This document shows positions 46,770-55,900 of a DNA stretch of 64,000 nt, one piece after another; positions within the stretch are counted from its first letter, which is position 1, and the number at the start of each line of letters is the position of its first letter. Under the pieces are notes generated by a model that was not told the DNA's origin, made no database searches, and saw only the letters and a program-made list of their open reading frames with translations. This DNA comes from an uncultured Gemmatimonadota bacterium. Lineage in GTDB: Bacteria; JAAXHH01. The stretch lies in NCBI GenBank assembly GCA_951812955.1, contig OX638340.1, positions 1,856,001-1,920,000 on the forward strand, written 5' to 3'. The position numbers and the translations under genes are program-made.

Positions 46770-47330
46770 ATGCTTCGCATTACCCGTTTATTCAGTGTAC
46801 TGGCGCTTTCCGCGGCTTTCGTGGCCATGGGTAGCGGCGCCGTCGACGCTCAGACGACCATGCCTTCGGGCGAAGACAGTGCGGACATGGGCCGTGGCAT
46901 GGTGGAAGTATCGTTGATGGGCGGCAAGGTGTCCATCGACTACGGCCGTCCGGAAATGAAGGGCCGGGATATGCTGGCCATGGCGCCTGATGGATTCGTC
47001 TGGCGCTTCGGCAGCAACAAATCCACCACCTTCACTACGGAAGCCGATCTTATGTTCGGCGACCAGTCGCTGGCCAAGGGTTCCTACAGCGCGTGGATCA
47101 AGCACGTCGAAGGCGATTCCTGGACGCTCATTTTCAATAGCGAAGTGGGGATCTGGGGCGCACCCGGCGCCAGTCGGGAGAACGACGTGCTGGAAGTACC
47201 GCTGACCTACACCGTGGAAGATGAGATGGTCGAACGGCTCACCGTGAGACTCATGGTCATGGAAGACAAGGGTTTCGTGGGAGTCGGGTGGGGTACCCAC
47301 CGCCTGATTGTCAGTTTCTCGGCCAAGTAG
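46770..47330 (+). CDS. Secreted DUF2911-family protein
   Basis: AGGAGG lies 8 nt upstream of the ATG at 46770. Signal peptide LFSVLALSAAFVAMGSGAVDAQ. Has GGKVSIDYGRPEMKGRDM..VWRFGSNKSTTFT...GSYSAWIKHVEGDSWTLIFN. Confidence 0.75.
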   Translation: MLRITRLFSVLALSAAFVAMGSGAVDAQTTMPSGEDSADMGRGMVEVSLMGGKVSIDYGRPEMKGRDMLAMAPDGFVWRFGSNKSTTFTTEADLMFGDQSLAKGSYSAWIKHVEGDSWTLIFNSEVGIWGAPGASRENDVLEVPLTYTVEDEMVERLTVRLMVMEDKGFVGVGWGTHRLIVSFSAK

Positions 47331-47359
47331 CTGCCGCGGCAAACGCGCGATGTAATCGT

Positions 47360-47396
47360 AAAAGGGACAGGTGCAATTCGCCTGTCCCTTTTCTTT
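47360..47396. terminator. Bidirectional rho-independent terminator between convergent genes
   Basis: Perfect 8-bp stem GGGACAGG (47364-47371) / CCTGTCCC (47381-47388) with a 9-nt loop. Flanked by AAAA on the left and TTTTCTTT on the right. The T-tract overlaps the stop codon of the minus-strand gene. Confidence 0.75.
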
Positions 47397-48453
47397 ACCA
47401 GTTTTCAGGATTCAAGCCGACGCGGATTCCCGCTTCTTCGATCTGCCGCCAGGTGGTATCGTCGATGCTGATCCCTTCACGGCGCCGTTCCTCCGCCAGC
47501 CTGAATTCCGGTTCTCCCGGAACGAGAATCTCTTCGAATCCCGGCGCGGTCCGGCTGGATTTCACGTGCCGGATCAATCCCTCGATCTCCTGGTAGTACC
47601 AGTCCAGGTCCGAGAAGAACGAAATATCGAAGACGGTGAAGAGCACGCCGTTGCTTTCCACGATCTGTTCGCCCTGCGCGCAACCCTGTCCGCTCAGCGC
47701 ACCGCCCAGGACCTCCACCATCAAACCCAGGCTGTAACCCTTATGGGCGACGATTCCGCCCATGGGCAGGATGGCGCCGTTGGGGGGCGGTCCCTTGATG
47801 ACCGTGGGATCCGTGGTGGAGTTGCCTTCGTGGTCGATCAACCATCCTTCCGGAACCCGCACCCCCTTGTTCGCGGCGACCCGGACCTTCCCTTCGGCGA
47901 CGACGGAGGTAGTCAGGTCCACCATGATGGGATCGGCGTCTCGACGGGGCGCCGAAAAGGCGATTGGGTTGGTGCTGATTCGTCCGTCGATACCGCCAAA
48001 AGGCGGAATCTGGCGTCCGAAGCGGCCCGCGTTGACGAAGGCCAGCCCGATCAGACCTTCCCGGGCCGCCATGAGGGGATAGGCGCCTACGCGGCCCACG
48101 TGGCTCGTACGCCGGAGCGTAACCGTGGCCGTGCCGTGCTTACGTGCTTTCTTCATGGCGAGCCGCATGGCGATGGTGCCGCCAACCTGGCCGAGGGCGC
48201 CGCCGTTGTCCACCAGGGCCGTGCAGGGACTTTCTCTCACGATGCCCACGTCGGCCCGGGCCTTGAATCGTCCCTCGTCCATAATGGCCTTGACGTACTC
48301 CGGTATCCGAATGGCGCCGTGGGAATCATGGCCGAAGAGATTCGAGTCCACGAGGTGGTCCACGACGCTGCGGGCATCGTCCTCGGTACAGCCGGCCGCT
48401 TCCAGCACCTCGCAACCGATGCGATGGAGTTTATCGGGGGTAATTACGGGCAT
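47395..48453 (-). CDS. Ldh2-family (malate/L-lactate/sulfolactate dehydrogenase type 2) oxidoreductase
   Basis: FGHDSHGAIRIPEYV, ALGQVGG and RRTSHVGRVGAY are typical of the Ldh_2 family. Confidence 0.8.
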   Translation of the reverse strand: MPVITPDKLHRIGCEVLEAAGCTEDDARSVVDHLVDSNLFGHDSHGAIRIPEYVKAIMDEGRFKARADVGIVRESPCTALVDNGGALGQVGGTIAMRLAMKKARKHGTATVTLRRTSHVGRVGAYPLMAAREGLIGLAFVNAGRFGRQIPPFGGIDGRISTNPIAFSAPRRDADPIMVDLTTSVVAEGKVRVAANKGVRVPEGWLIDHEGNSTTDPTVIKGPPPNGAILPMGGIVAHKGYSLGLMVEVLGGALSGQGCAQGEQIVESNGVLFTVFDISFFSDLDWYYQEIEGLIRHVKSSRTAPGFEEILVPGEPEFRLAEERRREGISIDDTTWRQIEEAGIRVGLNPENW

Positions 48454-48535
48454 TGTCTTCCTTTCCAGGTCTTACGTGTGTACCGACTCTTCAAACGCGC
48501 GATCTGCAACCCGCGGGCGAATGAAACCGGTCGGG

Positions 48536-49570
48536 TCAGGTTCTGTATTTCTCCAGTTTCTTCTGTAATCCCGGCCGTTCGAGCACAGCCCTGTTCACCA
48601 CGTAGGGCGGCTCTTCGCCCCTGGAGACGGCCAGGGCCGCCTTGACGCAGTCGTGGCCGATATCACGAAACAGCTCATGGGTCCAGCACGACGCGTGGGG
48701 CGCCAGGATGACATTCGGGAGCGTGAGCAGCTCATCATCGGGATCGGGCGGCTCCCGTTCGAAGACATCGATGGCCGCGCCCTTGATCCAACCGTCCCGC
48801 AGGGCCCGGGTCAGCGCTTCCTGGTCGACGATCGCGCCACGGGCCGTGTTGACCAGGAAGGCGTCCTCCCTCATGAGGCGCAGTTCCCGCGCGCCGATCA
48901 GGTGCCGGGTGTGTTCGTTCAACGGGCAGTGGATGGTCACGAACGTGCTGCGCCGCAACAGGGTCTCACGGTCCACCAGTACAACGCCCAGTTGCGCGGC
49001 CTCTTCCGCGGACACCGCCGGATCGCTGATGAGGACTTCGGACGGCTCGAAGGGCGCCAGCATGCGCACCACCTCGCGGCCGATCATGCCCATGCCAATC
49101 AGGCCGACCACGCGGCCGCGGATCTCGCATCCCATGTGATCGAACCGGACACCCCAGTCGTCATTCCGTACGATGGCGTCCTTAATCGTCACCCGGTGGC
49201 AGAGTCCGAGCATCAGGGCCATCGTGGCGCTGGCCACGGGCCTCCGGGTGGCCTCCGGAGTGATGGTAATCATGACGTCCGCGTCTGTCGCCGCAGCGAG
49301 ATCGATCATGTCGTAGCCCACGCCGGTTCGCGCGATGAGCGCCAGGCGTTCGACGCCCGCGAAGCTTTCACGCGTGTAGGCCTGTCCCATGGATACGACC
49401 ACGTCGAAGTCTGAAAGCTGATCCGGGGTGACGGGACTCCGGTCTTCGGCAAGGTACGCGTGAGAGACTCCGGCCTTGTCCAGCAGGTCGACTCCGAAAT
49501 CGTCGAACACGACCCCGCCGTCTGGACCCAGCAGGTCGGCGACCAGGGCTACGCGGAATTCATCGGTCAT
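48536..49570 (-). CDS. D-isomer-specific 2-hydroxyacid dehydrogenase, NAD-binding
   Basis: GLIGMGMIGREV Rossmann motif and the catalytic triad context NTARG, DVFEREP, APHAS. Confidence 0.85.
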   Translation of the reverse strand: MTDEFRVALVADLLGPDGGVVFDDFGVDLLDKAGVSHAYLAEDRSPVTPDQLSDFDVVVSMGQAYTRESFAGVERLALIARTGVGYDMIDLAAATDADVMITITPEATRRPVASATMALMLGLCHRVTIKDAIVRNDDWGVRFDHMGCEIRGRVVGLIGMGMIGREVVRMLAPFEPSEVLISDPAVSAEEAAQLGVVLVDRETLLRRSTFVTIHCPLNEHTRHLIGARELRLMREDAFLVNTARGAIVDQEALTRALRDGWIKGAAIDVFEREPPDPDDELLTLPNVILAPHASCWTHELFRDIGHDCVKAALAVSRGEEPPYVVNRAVLERPGLQKKLEKYRT

Positions 49571-49598
49571 ATAATGTGTTCCAGGATTGCGGTGCGTG

Positions 49599-51656
49599 TC
49601 AGAACAGGATCTGGGACGTCGACTTGGCGATCAAGACCAGGGAGACGGCCGCCATGCCGATCAGCCCAAGGCCGCACCCGTACCCGGCGAGGATCACCGG
49701 CGCGTAGGCGCGCCATCGTTTCTCTCCGTAGCGCCGTCCGAAATAGAACCTTCCCAGCATGGCGCCGATGAACGTGGGCAGCGTGTAGTGAATCCACGCG
49801 CCCGTGCCCAGTCCGGCCACCAGGCCGTAGAAAAGCAGCGGCGGCGCTTTGAGCAGGCTCAGCACCCCGTACAGCGCGAACGTGAACCCCATTCCGGCGC
49901 CGATATACTCCCAGCGGATCAGTTGCCCGATCACGTCTGAGCCGCCCGGCAGGGTAGACTTGATCCAGATCGTCTCCATCGTGGCCTGCAGCGGCCACAT
50001 CTTCTCGACGAAAGGATAGGCCGCGGACGGTATGGGCGCCAGTTTCCAGATCAGGGCGTAGAACACGAAACTGAATACGATAAGCAGTATCAGGCTCAAT
50101 ATATAGAGTTTGACCAGGCTTGGAAATCGCGTTCGGGTGAGTTCCAGCTGCCGGAAAGTCGCCACGACGCCGCTGTGATCGAAGAGGGGAACCGGGGCGA
50201 ACCAGATCGCCACCCCCTTGTAGCCCGACAGGTAGAAGGACCCCTCTCTGGCGTAGGGGAAGGATGACCCGTAGGGAGAGCCCGTCAAACCTATCATGCG
50301 GGCGCCGATGTAGGAGAAAAAAGGCGTCCACAGAAACCCGAACACCACGGAGATCCACACGGGAAACGCCGGTTCAAGGTAGTAGACCAGGGCAATAAAG
50401 CACAGGGTCGAAACCACCCAGAGCGCGATGGGGATGGGCAGCCTGAAATCACCCCTTTCCGGCGGCGGTTTGCGGGGGCCCTGCCCGCCGGACGCCCCAT
50501 CCGGGTCTCTCCTCAACGCGCGGGCGAAGGCGACCAGGCCGATCAGGCCGATGACCAGCGAAGTGCCGATGGAAGAAAAACTCAGCCAGAAGTCGATGGT
50601 GTTGTTGATGGAGGTGGGTATGGTGCTCATCCCCGGCGTCCAACTGTGCAACAGGCCGAAGTGGTAGAGGAGCGGATTGGCAATAAAGGTGATGACGAAG
50701 GAACTGATGAAGGTGCCGACCACGATCCAGAAGGGCAGGACGAATCCCACCAGGAGGGTGGCCATGTCCGTTCCGATGCCGATGGGCGACGCGGGCAGCA
50801 CGTCCCGGAACCGCGGCGTGAAGTCCGCGAAGGGAATGGGGAAGACCTCCACACCCTTGGTCAGCACCACGCCGGAAATGGTGGGGACGACGACATATAA
50901 TATGCCCCAGCCCAGTCCGATCATGGCGCCGACGGTGAACATTCGCCATCGCCAGGTCTCTTCCCCCGCCGACGATTCGGCCAGGGCGGTAGCGCCGGCC
51001 GCCTGCACGGGCGCCAGGGGGAAGGGCAGGCGTTCGGTGTCGGCCGTAATCCGGAAGAGCACGTATCCCAGGGAGAGCGCGTTGACCAGGCCGAGGATGG
51101 ACACGAGGACGGCCAGGAGAATGGGCTCCAGCCACTCCATGGAGAAGAGGGTCCGGGTGATCAACGAATCGGCACCCCGGGGCGGGGAAACCCACTGTGG
51201 AAGAAGCTGGGCCAGGCCGTCCGCCTGGGGAGACTGGATCAGGTACTGGAACCAGATCATCTTGGCGAAGGGCGCGCCGTGCACCGACGACCCGGCCGCC
51301 ATACCGCTGGCGCCCAGTCCCGTGGCCGCAAGCCCGGCGGCAAGCCAGTAGAGGATGATGGCTTCCTGAGGCTTGAGCTTTATAAACAGGCGCTTGCCGA
51401 TCTCGATGAACATGATGATGGTGACCCATTCCGCGGCGCCCGCGAAACTCTTGCCCGTCACCAGTTCCAGGTAGATCGCGCCGGGGAGCATGACCAGCCC
51501 CACGAAGAAGGCGGCCCAGATGATGCGGCTGCTGAACCCGTCCTCGTAGGGCAGGTTGTCCGGAACGATCTGCCACCGGTCATCCTGTTCGGCTCCGGTG
51601 GGAATCGCTTCCCGATCCCGCTGTTCGTGCTGCTCGCGTCTGTTTTCGTCGCTCAT
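49599..51656 (-). CDS. Polytopic membrane protein of unknown function (putative transporter, possibly OPT-superfamily-like)
   Basis: 685 aa with at least 14 hydrophobic segments and an acidic N-terminal tail. The LPFPLAPVQAAGATA segment loosely recalls the OPT LxFPSGxAxA motif. Architecture is similar to 57513-59507. Confidence 0.75.
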   Translation of the reverse strand: MSDENRREQHEQRDREAIPTGAEQDDRWQIVPDNLPYEDGFSSRIIWAAFFVGLVMLPGAIYLELVTGKSFAGAAEWVTIIMFIEIGKRLFIKLKPQEAIILYWLAAGLAATGLGASGMAAGSSVHGAPFAKMIWFQYLIQSPQADGLAQLLPQWVSPPRGADSLITRTLFSMEWLEPILLAVLVSILGLVNALSLGYVLFRITADTERLPFPLAPVQAAGATALAESSAGEETWRWRMFTVGAMIGLGWGILYVVVPTISGVVLTKGVEVFPIPFADFTPRFRDVLPASPIGIGTDMATLLVGFVLPFWIVVGTFISSFVITFIANPLLYHFGLLHSWTPGMSTIPTSINNTIDFWLSFSSIGTSLVIGLIGLVAFARALRRDPDGASGGQGPRKPPPERGDFRLPIPIALWVVSTLCFIALVYYLEPAFPVWISVVFGFLWTPFFSYIGARMIGLTGSPYGSSFPYAREGSFYLSGYKGVAIWFAPVPLFDHSGVVATFRQLELTRTRFPSLVKLYILSLILLIVFSFVFYALIWKLAPIPSAAYPFVEKMWPLQATMETIWIKSTLPGGSDVIGQLIRWEYIGAGMGFTFALYGVLSLLKAPPLLFYGLVAGLGTGAWIHYTLPTFIGAMLGRFYFGRRYGEKRWRAYAPVILAGYGCGLGLIGMAAVSLVLIAKSTSQILF

Positions 51657-51756
51657 GGATTACACTCGGCCCCGGCCCGGTACCTACCTATTCGCTCTTC
51701 CAATCTTCACTCCCCGATCACTGCTTATAATGCGCCATACGCGCCCATTCTCCCGC

Positions 51757-52914
51757 CTACTCCGCCCTGATATAGTTGCCCGCCTTGTCCCAGTCCGGCC
51801 GCGTCAGGCCGTTCAGGTCCCATACCACCTGTCCGGCGCGCACGGTCAGCAGGCATCGCAGCCGCCGGTCGCCGCGCATGCGGGCGAGGCCCGAATCGAC
51901 GAAGCCGAATTCCCCGTATTCCAGTTCCAGCACGGCGACGTCCGCCTCCGCGCCGATGCTCAGGGTACCCAGTTCCGGCCGCCGTATGGTCCGGGCGGGA
52001 TTGCGCGTGGAGCGCATGACCACGTCCTCCAGGGTCATCCCCATGTTCAGGCATTTCGACATGGTCGTGATCATGCTCGCGTTCGGCATAAGGGCACTGT
52101 ACTTGTGGAAATCCGTGCTGACCGTATCCGGCAGGAAGCCCTGCTCGATGGCCGGCACGGCGATGCGGAACCAGAAGCTGCCGCCGCCGTGGCCCAGATC
52201 GAACAGGATGCCCTTGTCCCGCGCCTCCCGGACGTAGTCGTTCACCCTGCCGCGATGGTCCAGCAAGGGGATGTGCTGTGCGTACAGGTGGGTGTGTATG
52301 TCGCCCGGACTCAGTTTCTTCAGCAGCAGGTCCCGGTAGCTGCGGTTCGGCTTCGGTGCGAAATCGATCATGGCAATGGCGCCGCTCCGCCGGGCCGCCT
52401 CGACGGCGCCGTCGACCGCCTCCCACCCCGGTCCGTTGAAATGGGCGGTCTTGGATCCCACGACGTGTTCCGGATACCTGCTGATCATGTCCGCGCAGGG
52501 CACGGGGTCCATCTCCGACACGTCCTGTTCCACGGCGCCTTCCATACCGGCGCCCACGATGTTGATCAGGGCCAGCACCCGGGTTATGGACTCGGCGATG
52601 ACCGTGTCCTTGAAGTCTTCGAATTTCTTCCACCCGGCGCCCCCTGTATCGAGCACCGTGGTCACGCCGTTGGGGAGCACGTGGGCATCGGGGAACACCC
52701 ATCCCCGGTAGCCGCCATAGGCGTGCATGTGGATGTCGATCAGGCCAGGCGTGACGTAATGGCCGTGGACGCGGGCGACCTGTCTCCCGTGCTCCGCCGG
52801 GATGTCGTGTCCAACCGCCGCAATCAGTCCGTCGTTGACGGCGACGTCCCGGCTATCGTTGATGCCGTTTTGGGGATCGATGACCTGTCCGCCCTTGATT
52901 ATGAGATCGTACAT
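51757..52914 (-). CDS. Amidohydrolase-superfamily metallohydrolase (dihydroorotase-like, COG3964/PRK09237-like)
   Basis: PGLIDIHMHAY metal motif, DLGHGGGSFWF, VSTDFH and MSKCLNMGMTLEDVV blocks. AGGAG lies between the upstream stop and the ATG. Confidence 0.8.
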   Translation of the reverse strand: MYDLIIKGGQVIDPQNGINDSRDVAVNDGLIAAVGHDIPAEHGRQVARVHGHYVTPGLIDIHMHAYGGYRGWVFPDAHVLPNGVTTVLDTGGAGWKKFEDFKDTVIAESITRVLALINIVGAGMEGAVEQDVSEMDPVPCADMISRYPEHVVGSKTAHFNGPGWEAVDGAVEAARRSGAIAMIDFAPKPNRSYRDLLLKKLSPGDIHTHLYAQHIPLLDHRGRVNDYVREARDKGILFDLGHGGGSFWFRIAVPAIEQGFLPDTVSTDFHKYSALMPNASMITTMSKCLNMGMTLEDVVMRSTRNPARTIRRPELGTLSIGAEADVAVLELEYGEFGFVDSGLARMRGDRRLRCLLTVRAGQVVWDLNGLTRPDWDKAGNYIRAE

Positions 52915-52924
52915 CGCTGCTCCT

Positions 52925-55900
52925 TCAGGTCAATTGCGGCGCTTCCGCGGGCGCTCGTTCCTCGACTTTCCGGTACTGGTCCTTGATGGACTCGGAAAGG
53001 GTACGCCACACGAGGAAACGTTTCCGCAGCACGGTGAAGAACCGGCGGTTGATGGTCTGCCACTGCGCAAGGTCCCCGCTGCGCCGGCGGATTGCGATCA
53101 TGATCCGGTACAGGCTTTCACCCGGTACGGGCTCCAGTTCCAGCGCCACGTCCTGGCTGATGGCGAGATCGTAGGGCGCGAGCCATACCGTCGCAGATAC
53201 ACGGTAGCCTTCTATAGGCCGGGCCGGTACCACGTCATGCGCCGTTCCCTCCGCGACGAAATCCTCGGCCGAACTGTCCTCGTGGGTCTGGAAAATGTGT
53301 GCCAGGTATCCCGCCAGCGGATAGGCCTCCGGGATGGTGACGGTAAAGGGAAACTCGAAGCGCCAGTCGTCGCCGTCGGGCGTTGGTGGCGCCCAGCGCC
53401 GGGTCACGTCCTCCACCGTCATGTCCGCGGCCTTTTTGGCCGGGTAGAGGGTGGACAGGAACACGACGACCATGACGACCACCGTCGCGTATACGGTCGA
53501 CAACGAGGAATAGTTCAGCGACAGGCCGCCCAGCAGGTCCCACTGCGACAGGCCCATGGTGATGATCTGGCCGGTGAGGTACCCGAACACAGCGCCTAGG
53601 GTGGCGAATACGGCCGCTTCGGCGATGAACAGCGCGGCAACGTGGTTCGGCGCCAGGCCCACGGCGCTGTATACGCCGATCTCCCGGAACCGTTCGAACA
53701 CGGCGCCCATCATGGTGTTCAGAACCAGGAACGCCGCGATGAGCACCGGGATGATCAGGTTGGCCAGGCCCGAGACCGAAGTGGCGCCAAGGGAGCTGTA
53801 GACCTTCACCTCGTCTTCCGTTCCGACAAACACGGCCAGGAGGACCCGTGACATGAAGGCCTCCACGGAATCGCGGAGTTGATCGCCATCCGCGAACCCC
53901 GTGATCGCCACGGACCGCGTGGATCCGTTCAGGTCGAGGGTCTGGCGGTAGGGCAGGACCAGCACGTTGCGGGATGGCAGGTGTTCGGAGGCCTGGATCG
54001 TTGACATGAATACCTCCACGTCCATTTCGGTCAACGAACGGGTCATGGAAAAACTGGCGGGCATGATGCTTTCGTCGTCCATGTCCCGGTAGGCGTCCAG
54101 GCCATCGGATTCGAGCAGTCCGATCACGGTATAGCGGCCGCCCAGGATCTCCACGACCGCCGTACCTACGTCCTCGGGCTCCACGTCCAGCCTTTCGGCC
54201 AGTTCCGTGGGCAGCAGACACACCGCCCTTTCGTCAGGACCGAACCATCGCCCGCCCGGTACCAGGTAGCGGTCCAGCCCGGAAATGGCCGGTTCGTCGG
54301 CGTGAAGTCCGAGCAGGGACTGTACCGTGGTGGAGGTTCCCCGGCCCGGCGCCCGCAGGTCTATGTAGGGGCTGGTGAGATCCTCGGGCTCGTACCACGA
54401 CCTGGGCACGACCTCGGCCTGCGCTTTGAAGGCGTTTTCCACGTAGGGCAGGAAAGAAGAGGGCAGCGAGTGCCACGACAGGTTGCGCATGAGGACGCCG
54501 TCGTACGGGGGGGCGTTCTCGCGGTCCAGCGTATAGAACTGGATGCCGGTCCTGAAGGAGGTGAAGGAAAGCACGGTAAAGGTCAGCAGGGTCAGCGTCA
54601 CCGCCGTCAGAGCCGTGCGCAGCTTCCGCTTGCGAAGGTTCGAAATCCCGAGCGATATGGCCACCGCCGTGGCGCTCAGCCGGCCGATGTCCGCCTCGTG
54701 AAGGCCGGCCGCCGACCGGGTCAGGTTCTTCATCTCCGTGTCGAACCGCGTGACGATCATGGTAATGATAATCAGCGCCATGGCCAGGATGATGAAGGCG
54801 AGGAAAACCATGTAGGGCGTCAGGCTGAGTTGAAAGGCCGGATGCACGTTCTGCAGCAACAAAAAGACCGCCGCGAAGATCACGCCCACCGCGAGCAGCC
54901 GCTTGCGAATGTCCGGGAACCCGAAGAACAGTCGCTCGAGGAAGAAGCAGAAGGGTACCAGCAGCATGAAGTAGAAAACGATGCCGTCCACCGTGTCGTC
55001 CGCGGCGTACCGTACATCGGGATAGGCGCGGGCCTCGTAGCCCCACGCTTCCCTCGACCGGGCCACGAAGGCATCGTAGCGGCGGTCTTCCAGGGCTTCC
55101 CGCGCCGCCCGAAGCGCCTGCGTGCTTTCTTCATGCAACTCGGCTGCCCGGGCGTTCGTCACGCCGTGGTCCTCCAGTTTCATCAGCCGCGCCCTGTTGA
55201 GCGACCACAGGTCCAGGGCGCTCTGGTAGAAGGGATAGAGAATCGGCCCCCGGTCCGCCGTGAAGCCTTGTCCCTGTGCCAGGGCCATGACGTCGTCGGA
55301 GATGCTTTCCGGCGGATCGTCGAGCCAGGACTCCGGCGTATTGGTCAGCAGGTACTTGACGCCCCGGGGACCCGCGCTCATGAACATCTTGACGCGGTCC
55401 TCGGGCTTTGCGAAGACCACCGCGGCGTTGGTCATCCAGTTGCCGAAGAAACTCTGGTCTTCCACGAAGGCCGCCCCGTACTTTCGCAGTGGGCTGTTGT
55501 CCCGTCCGAGCACGGTCAGGTTGTCGAGAGCGACGAAGACGCCGGGATCGACGATATCGAAGAGGTTGATCTCCTCGCACGGAAAGAGGACCTGTATGGT
55601 ATTGTTCACCTTGGACGAATTCGGCACCGCGAGAGGGAAGGTGGCGTCGCCCTCCTCCCCCAGGTCCGGCGCGTACACGACCCTGCCTGTGTCGTCCAGG
55701 CCATAGCTGCGAACCTCGGTCGGGCCCTTGGAGTCGCGGACCATGGAAAAACGGAAGTAACCCATCGAATCCGCGTGGGTGACCATGAACCCCCGCACGC
55801 CGCTGTGGCTCTGGTAGCCCGGCTCGTAGACGACCAGGGCATCGGATACCGGGGTGTTGGGCTTGAAGAAATCCACGGTGCGGTCGAACTCGAGGACCCG

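Noticed and set aside
47371-48645. 424-aa + strand ORF; also 51556-52986 (476 aa), 19855-20835 (326 aa, minus strand) and 12640-13239 (199 aa, minus strand)
   Set aside because: All are antisense to genes with clear family motifs (Ldh2, amidohydrolase, permease, DegT). All show a shadow-ORF composition.
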